Position numbers and translations under genes: made by a program. From Alphaproteobacteria bacterium (GTDB lineage: Bacteria > Pseudomonadota > Alphaproteobacteria > Rs-D84), in the NCBI GenBank assembly GCA_017427715.1, contig JAFRSF010000024.1, positions 30,268 to 94,267 of the forward strand: a DNA stretch of 64,000 nt, written 5' to 3'. Below are positions 57,652-64,000 of the stretch, in pieces; position 1 is the stretch's first letter, and each line of letters starts with the position of its first letter. Below the pieces are notes generated by a model, which made no database searches, had not been told where the DNA came from, and saw nothing but the letters and a program-made list of their open reading frames with translations.

Positions 57652-58920
57652 TTATTGATTCATAGAATTAAAGAAATCTTCATTTGTTTTTGTTAAACGC
57701 AATTTATCCAACAAAAATTCCATTGCTTCCAATGTTCCCATCGGATTTATAATACGTCTTAACACATACATCTTGGACAAAGTATCCTTGGACACCAACA
57801 AATCTTCTTTTCTGGTTCCTGATTTAGTAATGTCGATTGCAGGATATACACGTTTGTCTGACAATTTTCTATCCAAAATAATTTCACTGTTACCAGTTCC
57901 TTTGAATTCTTCAAAAACAACTTCGTCCATTTTGGAACCAGTATCAATCAACGCAGTCGCAATTATTGTCAAAGAACCGCCACCTTCGATGTTACGGGCG
58001 GCACCAAAGAAACGCTTTGGTCGCTGCAATGCGTACGCATCAACACCACCCGTCAAAACTTTACCACTGGATGGCACAACGGTATTATATGCACGCCCCA
58101 AACGTGTAATAGAATCTAACAAAATAACAACATCTTGGCCTGCTTCTACCAATCTTTTTGCTTTTTCTATAACCATTTCTGCCACTTGAATGTGTCTTGT
58201 TGCAGGTTCATCAAACGTAGAAGATATAACTTCACCACGGACACTGCGTTGCATGTCTGTCACTTCTTCTGGGCGTTCATCAATTAACAAAACAATCAAT
58301 TTTACATCAGGATAATTTGTTGCAATTGAATGTGCTATGTTCTGTAACATAACAGTTTTACCTGTTCTTGGTGGCGCAACAATCAAAGAACGCTGTCCCT
58401 TGCCGGTCGGAGAAATCAAATCAATCACACGCGCAGATAAATTACGACCTTTGTCTGTATCATTTTCAACTTCCATTTTTAATTTTTCATCTGGATACAA
58501 CGGCGTCATATCATCAAATGAAATACGATGACGCAGATTTTCAGGATCGCCACCATTTACACGTTCTATGGTTTCCAGTGCAAAATAACGTTCAGATTCG
58601 TTTTGCGGGGCCTGGATTTGACCTTCTATGTAATCACCTGTCTTTAAACCGTATTTTTTAATCAAATTCGGAGACACATATAAATCATCTGGACCTGCTA
58701 AATAATTACTTTCTGGGGCGCGCAAAAAACCGAAACCATCTTGCATACGTTCCAATACACCATCACCAATCAAAGTGATATTTTTATCTGCAGCATACAC
58801 GCGCATAACTGCAAAACGTAACTGTTGCACATTTAACTGAGAAGGATTTTCAATCCCCATATCTTCTGCCATCTTCAACAATTGTTTTGGTGACTTTGTT
58901 TTTAATTCATTTACATGCAT
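57652..58920 (-). CDS. rho: transcription termination factor Rho
   Basis: Start moved to MHVNELK.. after AAGGA. N-terminal RNA-binding domain. Walker A is PPRTGKT. The C-terminal ..KSGTRKE.. segment is typical of Rho. Confidence 0.95.
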   Translation of the reverse strand: MHVNELKTKSPKQLLKMAEDMGIENPSQLNVQQLRFAVMRVYAADKNITLIGDGVLERMQDGFGFLRAPESNYLAGPDDLYVSPNLIKKYGLKTGDYIEGQIQAPQNESERYFALETIERVNGGDPENLRHRISFDDMTPLYPDEKLKMEVENDTDKGRNLSARVIDLISPTGKGQRSLIVAPPRTGKTVMLQNIAHSIATNYPDVKLIVLLIDERPEEVTDMQRSVRGEVISSTFDEPATRHIQVAEMVIEKAKRLVEAGQDVVILLDSITRLGRAYNTVVPSSGKVLTGGVDAYALQRPKRFFGAARNIEGGGSLTIIATALIDTGSKMDEVVFEEFKGTGNSEIILDRKLSDKRVYPAIDITKSGTRKEDLLVSKDTLSKMYVLRRIINPMGTLEAMEFLLDKLRLTKTNEDFFNSMNQ

Positions 58921-59058
58921 AAAAAAATCCTTGTTTTTACCTGGAAATTGCACACAGAGAACCCCGGTGCTTAGTCAGTGAGAATTGTAACAAAAAACGA
59001 TGAAAAAGTCAAGTTATTAAAGAAAAGTGGCCAAACACAGACCACTAATCAAATTTAA

Positions 59059-59226
59059 TCAAGCAGACCGTTTATCGTTTTGAATTTCAAACATGGCAAC
59101 ATCAACATCACGTTTTTCAAATTCTGCAACAAGATTATATTTCTTCATTGCGTTTCTAAAACCAGCCACTTTATTAGCAGCACCAACTTCTACCTTTGCC
59201 TTTCTAAGAGAATCTAATTTTGCCAT
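59059..59226 (-). CDS. small hypothetical protein (55 aa); absent from the ORF track
   Basis: Sequence: MAKLDSLRKAKVEVGAANKVAGFRNAMKKYNLVAEFEKRDVDVAMFEIQNDKRSA. RBS-like GGTGA 5 nt upstream. Lies between the ompA-like gene and rho. Confidence 0.35.
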   Translation of the reverse strand: MAKLDSLRKAKVEVGAANKVAGFRNAMKKYNLVAEFEKRDVDVAMFEIQNDKRSA

Positions 59227-59308
59227 AATATCACCTTTTAAATACTATTACTTACACTTATAATATACCAAACTTGATTTTTGTCAAGAACAATTTACTA
59301 TCTTTCTA

Positions 59309-60712
59309 TTATTCTTCATTACAATCTTCACAATCGTCTGATTCCGTGTATTCTTCCACGACAATTGGAGCGGCTTTCGGTTGTTCTGTGTAATGCACTT
59401 CTTTGACAACACGAACACGACGATTCGCCGCATTTGGTGTATTATTCGGAGTTGGTACTTTTAAATCTTCTTCGCCCGCAGATACTGCAATTATCTGAGA
59501 CGAAGGTATACCATATTTAATCAGCATTTTTTGAACCGCTTCTGCACGACGTCCACCCAACGCATAATTATAATCTTTGGTTCCGGCAGTATCGGTATGT
59601 CCAACCACAGAAACCTTGATATTTTTGTTTGCCTGGGTTGTTGTTGCCAATTTTCTGATTAAATCTTCATATTCAGGTTTAATATTTGCTTTGTCAAAAT
59701 CAAATCTAATTTCAAAAATTTCTTCCATAACATGCTGTTTTGGTTCCAAAGGAATCTGTTGAACCTTTATAACGGTCTTGTCACCTGTTTGTGCTGGCAC
59801 ATTTCCCATATCATCCAAACGTTTATTTATTTTCGCCAATTCAGCACGCATAGCCATCATCATATTGATAAACTCATCACGCGAAACGTATTCATCACCC
59901 AATTCTGGAACATCTCCGTCATTTGCCCCTTCACCACCATAAATATTTTGATTAAATACTATTGGTTGTTGCGCATTCTGCGTTTGTTGCGGCACTGGGA
60001 TGGCCTGGACTAAATTAGAAGGAATATTCACATTATTAACAATGACAACACCGTCACGTGTTCTGCTGGTTCCAGACATCGCATTCAGACGACGTGTTTC
60101 TGGATAATATTTTTCTTCTGTTTCTGTTTTATCAACAATTATTTCAGATTTAACATGCGTAGGCGCAATTACTTTGCCTTCTTTACAATCTTTCAATGTT
60201 TGTAGTGTATTCAAGAAACGCTGTTTGCACCCTTCTGCGGTTGCATTTTGACCACTGGCCGCCGCAGACAACCAACAATCAAATTTTGCCTGGGCTTCTG
60301 CCGCCAATTGTGGTTGAACATCCACAGCATCATTTTTTAATTCGCCCATTAAATTATTATATGCCGTGTACAGTTCAAACCTTTCGTTATCATTTTTGAT
60401 ATTCCATGCCCCCAGTGTTTCAGGAAAGGGTGTTTCACCAGAAAACGCGCTGACTGCTTTCTGGGCAAACAATTCACCAATATCAGGATAATCACTGGTT
60501 CTAGCATTATAAATCGCATAAGAACGATAATTCATAGCCAGTTGATTCAGAAAAGAATCTTGATGTGGGGCATTATTAACATCCAACCGTTCAACATAAT
60601 CAACAGTCGGTGTATCATATACAACCGTTTCAACATTATCATCCTTTGTTCCCGTGGCACAACCAGCCAAAACCACACAGCCCAACAACAACACAGAACT
60701 TTTGTTTTTCAT
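59309..60712 (-). CDS. OmpA-family peptidoglycan-associated lipoprotein (467 aa)
   Basis: Lipobox VLAGC. C-terminal OmpA domain (..VVGHTDTAGTKDYNYALGGRRA..NRRVRV). Acidic Cys-containing tail. Confidence 0.8.
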   Translation of the reverse strand: MKNKSSVLLLGCVVLAGCATGTKDDNVETVVYDTPTVDYVERLDVNNAPHQDSFLNQLAMNYRSYAIYNARTSDYPDIGELFAQKAVSAFSGETPFPETLGAWNIKNDNERFELYTAYNNLMGELKNDAVDVQPQLAAEAQAKFDCWLSAAASGQNATAEGCKQRFLNTLQTLKDCKEGKVIAPTHVKSEIIVDKTETEEKYYPETRRLNAMSGTSRTRDGVVIVNNVNIPSNLVQAIPVPQQTQNAQQPIVFNQNIYGGEGANDGDVPELGDEYVSRDEFINMMMAMRAELAKINKRLDDMGNVPAQTGDKTVIKVQQIPLEPKQHVMEEIFEIRFDFDKANIKPEYEDLIRKLATTTQANKNIKVSVVGHTDTAGTKDYNYALGGRRAEAVQKMLIKYGIPSSQIIAVSAGEEDLKVPTPNNTPNAANRRVRVVKEVHYTEQPKAAPIVVEEYTESDDCEDCNEE

Positions 60713-60819
60713 CTCTGATTCCTTTCCTTAAAATCAATTTACGTTAATTATATCTTTTTTTCAAAATCTAGTAAAGCAAAAAAGCACATCAAAAACAATT
60801 TCCTTGGATTAATTTTTGA

Positions 60820-61596
60820 TTATTTATCCATCATTTGTGTTGCCATACCACCAAACTGTCCCAACATATTAGAAACACCACCACCACCTGCACCAAATTG
60901 AGAAGCCATCTGCATAACATCACCAACACCTGCAACACCGGCACTGCTGCCGACCTGGCTAATAGTATTAGTCAAGAAGCCACCCCATAATTCACGCTTT
61001 TTTGCACTAATTTTGCTAGGCATACATCTGTCTGTTTTTTCTATTAACGCCTTTACCTGTGCCGCCTCTGATTTAGTGTAATCATCAAACCCAAACGGTA
61101 TCTTGGTGAAAACATCATAAAAATTAGAATAAGTTTTTTTATTGACAGTCGCAGAACTCGCCATCGGATAACCGTTCCAAATCTTGCCATTTTCAACAAA
61201 CCAGACTGCACACCCCTTTTCACCACCATCTTGCGTTACGTGTGCTTCATAAGTACCACCTAAACACTGGTCAAGCCCAGATCTTGCACCATTTTCATCT
61301 GTATCACCCACCCTGGCCCATTCTTTGACCAATTCATTGACCAAAGATATATCACTGCCACTGGGTGCGCAATCCGCCCCCAACGCCTGGGTTGCCTTTT
61401 TCAGTTCCATAACCCCAGACACAGTACTAATCACCGCTGGCAATAAACTGCTTACAGAAGCCAATCCACTGGTCTTTTGTGTTTCTACAGATGCTTTCTT
61501 GGTTACCGCAGATTTTTTATTAACAGTCACGGCACCGAACGACACAAATGGTGCCAACAGACCAACAATAACAAAGATACTTAATATTTTTTTCAT
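60820..61596 (-). CDS. secreted hypothetical protein with Gly/Met-rich C-terminus
   Basis: Signal peptide (..VSFGA). No motif recognised. Confidence 0.5.
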   Translation of the reverse strand: MKKILSIFVIVGLLAPFVSFGAVTVNKKSAVTKKASVETQKTSGLASVSSLLPAVISTVSGVMELKKATQALGADCAPSGSDISLVNELVKEWARVGDTDENGARSGLDQCLGGTYEAHVTQDGGEKGCAVWFVENGKIWNGYPMASSATVNKKTYSNFYDVFTKIPFGFDDYTKSEAAQVKALIEKTDRCMPSKISAKKRELWGGFLTNTISQVGSSAGVAGVGDVMQMASQFGAGGGGVSNMLGQFGGMATQMMDK

Positions 61597-61683
61597 TCTC
61601 TCTTGGTGACCATTATATCACAAAAAAAAGATTAGATAAATATAAAAATTGCATTTTTATTTACAAAATATTAAACTGGGTTT

Positions 61684-62163
61684 GTGAAACAAAATAATCG
61701 CAACTTTATAATCATATCAAAACATAAACGTTTAACCCGTTTATGGCAGTTTTTCTTCACTGGTTGGGGGCTTGTTATGGTTGCAGTGTTGGTTGCTGCA
61801 TCTTTGTTTACAAAACAAATTTTATGGACCCCGATTACCGCAATTAATATGAAAGACATTGTTCGTAATCAGTTCAAAATGACAAACGCCACTTTTGTTG
61901 GGACGGACAAAGACAATAATCCATTTAAAATTCAGGCGGTATCTGGTAATCAAGAGTTTAATAAACCAGATATTGTTTTTTTAACAAAACCTTCTGGAAC
62001 CATCGTTCGTAATACTAAAAATGGCAAAATCACAGATAAAATATCTGCAAACCGGGGGCAATTTAATCACAAAACAAAAATACTAAAATTGAATGGCGAT
62101 GTCCATGTTAATTCCAGCAATGGAGATAAAGTATTAACAGACGAATTGGTGATAAAACTATGA
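61684..62163 (+). CDS. lptC: LPS export protein LptC-like (membrane-anchored OstA-fold)
   Basis: GTG start, one TM helix, beta-rich remainder, 4-nt overlap with lptB. Confidence 0.6.
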   Translation: MKQNNRNFIIISKHKRLTRLWQFFFTGWGLVMVAVLVAASLFTKQILWTPITAINMKDIVRNQFKMTNATFVGTDKDNNPFKIQAVSGNQEFNKPDIVFLTKPSGTIVRNTKNGKITDKISANRGQFNHKTKILKLNGDVHVNSSNGDKVLTDELVIKL

Positions 62164-62891
62164 TAAAAAAATCGGTATTAAAAATTGAACATCTTTCAAA
62201 AAATTATGGCAAACGCGTTGTGTTGCGTGATATTTCTATGATTGCAAACCAAGGCGAATCTGTTGGATTATTGGGACCAAATGGTGCAGGTAAAACAACC
62301 GCTTTTTATTGTATAACCGGACAATTGGCGGCAACCAGCGGACAAATATTCTTGAATTCCCAAGATATCACACACCTACCCTTTTACCAACGTTCACGCC
62401 TGCATATCGGCTATTTACCCCAAGAAAACAGCGTATTTCGTGGTCTGTCAGTGGAAGATAATATTATGGCGATATTGGAAGTTGTCGAACCGAATCGGGA
62501 CAAAAGATATGAAAAACTTGATGCTTTGTTGAACGAATTTTCTATTGCGTTTTTACGCAAAGCACCCGCTACTTCGTTATCTGGTGGTGAAAGACGCCGC
62601 GTTGAAATTGCACGTGCATTGGCCAATGACCCAAAGTTTATATTATTAGATGAACCTTTTGCAGGTATTGACCCAATCGCAGTAAACGAAATCCGCGAAT
62701 TGGTTTCACAGTTAAAGCATCGTGGGTTGGGTGTAATCATCACAGACCATAATGTACGCGAAACTCTGGGAATTACAGATCGCAGTTATGTTTTACATGA
62801 TGGTCAAATATTAAAACACGGAACAACTGATGAGATTGTTCAAGACGAAATGGTTAAAAAGGTTTATCTGGGCGAAAACTTCACCATGTAA
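62160..62891 (+). CDS. lptB: LPS export ABC transporter ATP-binding protein LptB
   Basis: Walker A is GPNGAGKTT, signature is LSGGERRRVEIARAL, Walker B is ILLDEPFAGIDP. Confidence 0.9.
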   Translation: MIKKSVLKIEHLSKNYGKRVVLRDISMIANQGESVGLLGPNGAGKTTAFYCITGQLAATSGQIFLNSQDITHLPFYQRSRLHIGYLPQENSVFRGLSVEDNIMAILEVVEPNRDKRYEKLDALLNEFSIAFLRKAPATSLSGGERRRVEIARALANDPKFILLDEPFAGIDPIAVNEIRELVSQLKHRGLGVIITDHNVRETLGITDRSYVLHDGQILKHGTTDEIVQDEMVKKVYLGENFTM

Positions 62892-62936
62892 CATTTTACA
62901 TTTTATCAAAAGCAAAAAACTAAAGGAGAACAAGAA

Positions 62937-64000
62937 ATGTTTGCTATTGAAAAAATACACGCACGACAAATTATGGACAGTCGTGGAAACCCAACAATTG
63001 AATGTGATATAACTTTGTCAAATGGTGCTTTTGGTCGCGCATCTGTACCATCCGGTGCATCTACGGGTTCTTTTGAAGCATTGGAATTACGTGATGGTGG
63101 CGATGCTTATATGGGCAAAGGCGTTTTGAAAGCAGTCAAAAATGTAAATGAAATTATTGCACCAGCACTGATTGGTATGGATGGGGAAAATCAAACAGAA
63201 ATTGACGAAAAAATGCTGACCCTGGACGGCACACCAAACAAAGACAAACTGGGGGCGAATGCAATATTATCTGTATCTTTGGCTGTTGCACATGCGGTTG
63301 CAAATGCGAAACATATTCCTTTGTATAAACATATTGCCGATATATTTGGAAATACAAACCCATGCGTTTTACCTCGTCCAATGATGAATATTATAAATGG
63401 GGGTGCACATGCAGATAACGGTTTAGATGCCCAAGAATTCATGATTATTCCAAATGGTGCCAAAAATGAAGTCGAAGCGATTCGCATGGGATCTGAAATA
63501 TTCCATAATTTGAAATCTATTTTGAAAAAATCTAAACACAGCACTAATGTTGGTGACGAAGGTGGTTTTGCACCAAACTTTAATACATGTCGCGAAGCAT
63601 TAGATACGATTGTAGCGGCAATTCGCGCTGCTGGCTATAAACCAGGTGAACAAGTATCTATTGGTTTAGATGTTGCATCATCAGAATTTTATGATAACGG
63701 TGTATATAATTTTGAAGGTTCACAAAAAACATCCGATGAAATGATTGAATTTTATGAAAAATTAATCAATGAATACCCTGTTATTTCCATCGAAGATGGT
63801 ATTGCAGAAGAAGATTGGGACGGATGGAAAAAATTAACCGACAAAATTGGTGACCGATGCCAATTGGTTGGTGACGATTTGTTTGTTACTAATCCGATTC
63901 GCTTAAACAAAGGAATTGAAAATGGTGTTGCAAATGCAATACTTATCAAAGTTAATCAAATTGGTTCGTTGACGGAAACACTGCACGCAATTAAAATGGC
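62937..64000 (+). CDS. eno: enolase (3' end beyond window)
   Basis: Hand-translated: [57 protein letters not shown]. Not in the ORF track because there is no stop within the window. Confidence 0.93.
   Translation, partial: MFAIEKIHARQIMDSRGNPTIECDITLSNGAFGRASVPSGASTGSFEALELRDGGDAYMGKGVLKAVKNVNEIIAPALIGMDGENQTEIDEKMLTLDGTPNKDKLGANAILSVSLAVAHAVANAKHIPLYKHIADIFGNTNPCVLPRPMMNIINGGAHADNGLDAQEFMIIPNGAKNEVEAIRMGSEIFHNLKSILKKSKHSTNVGDEGGFAPNFNTCREALDTIVAAIRAAGYKPGEQVSIGLDVASSEFYDNGVYNFEGSQKTSDEMIEFYEKLINEYPVISIEDGIAEEDWDGWKKLTDKIGDRCQLVGDDLFVTNPIRLNKGIENGVANAILIKVNQIGSLTETLHAIKM

Overview
AT-rich (roughly one-third G+C by eye) chromosomal segment from a Gram-negative bacterium, judged from LptC/LptB, OmpA-type proteins, Rho, periplasmic Cu/Zn SOD and a DsbA-like protein. 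Gene content fits a host-associated, possibly alphaproteobacterium-like lineage (a choloylglycine-hydrolase gene hints at a gut habitat), but I cannot verify taxonomy without a search. Core genes: pth, polA, recO, ppiD-like, tpiA, grpE, tyrS, tsf-rpsB, rpsF-rpsR-rplI, rho, lptC-lptB, eno (3' end off window), tRNA-Arg(UCU), tRNA-Pro(UGG), tRNA-Pro(GGG). Between them lie many secreted, lipoprotein and Cys-rich ORFs with no recognisable function. Main observations follow. (1) A 10,889-bp element (8708..19596) is bounded by long inverted repeats whose outer 184 bp are 183/184 identical. It is flanked by an 8-bp direct repeat. It carries two IS1595-type DDE transposase genes, a small serine recombinase and an 11-gene cargo operon (FtsK-like ATPase, glycosylase-like protein, degenerate PBP and others). 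(2) Both tRNA-Pro genes are followed by a ~100-nt conserved block with three co-varying hairpins, ending in an exact copy of that tRNA's own 3' end. This is either a miniature integrative-element scar or a structured RNA. (3) There is a paralogous family of Cys-rich secreted proteins and a six-gene secreted-protein operon. (4) A GC-rich nested-hairpin insert lies between convergent genes. (5) A MotA/MotB-like stator pair carries unusual extra domains. No CRISPR array, reverse transcriptase or recognisable prophage structural genes were seen. All functional calls come from motif recognition by eye, with no database search.
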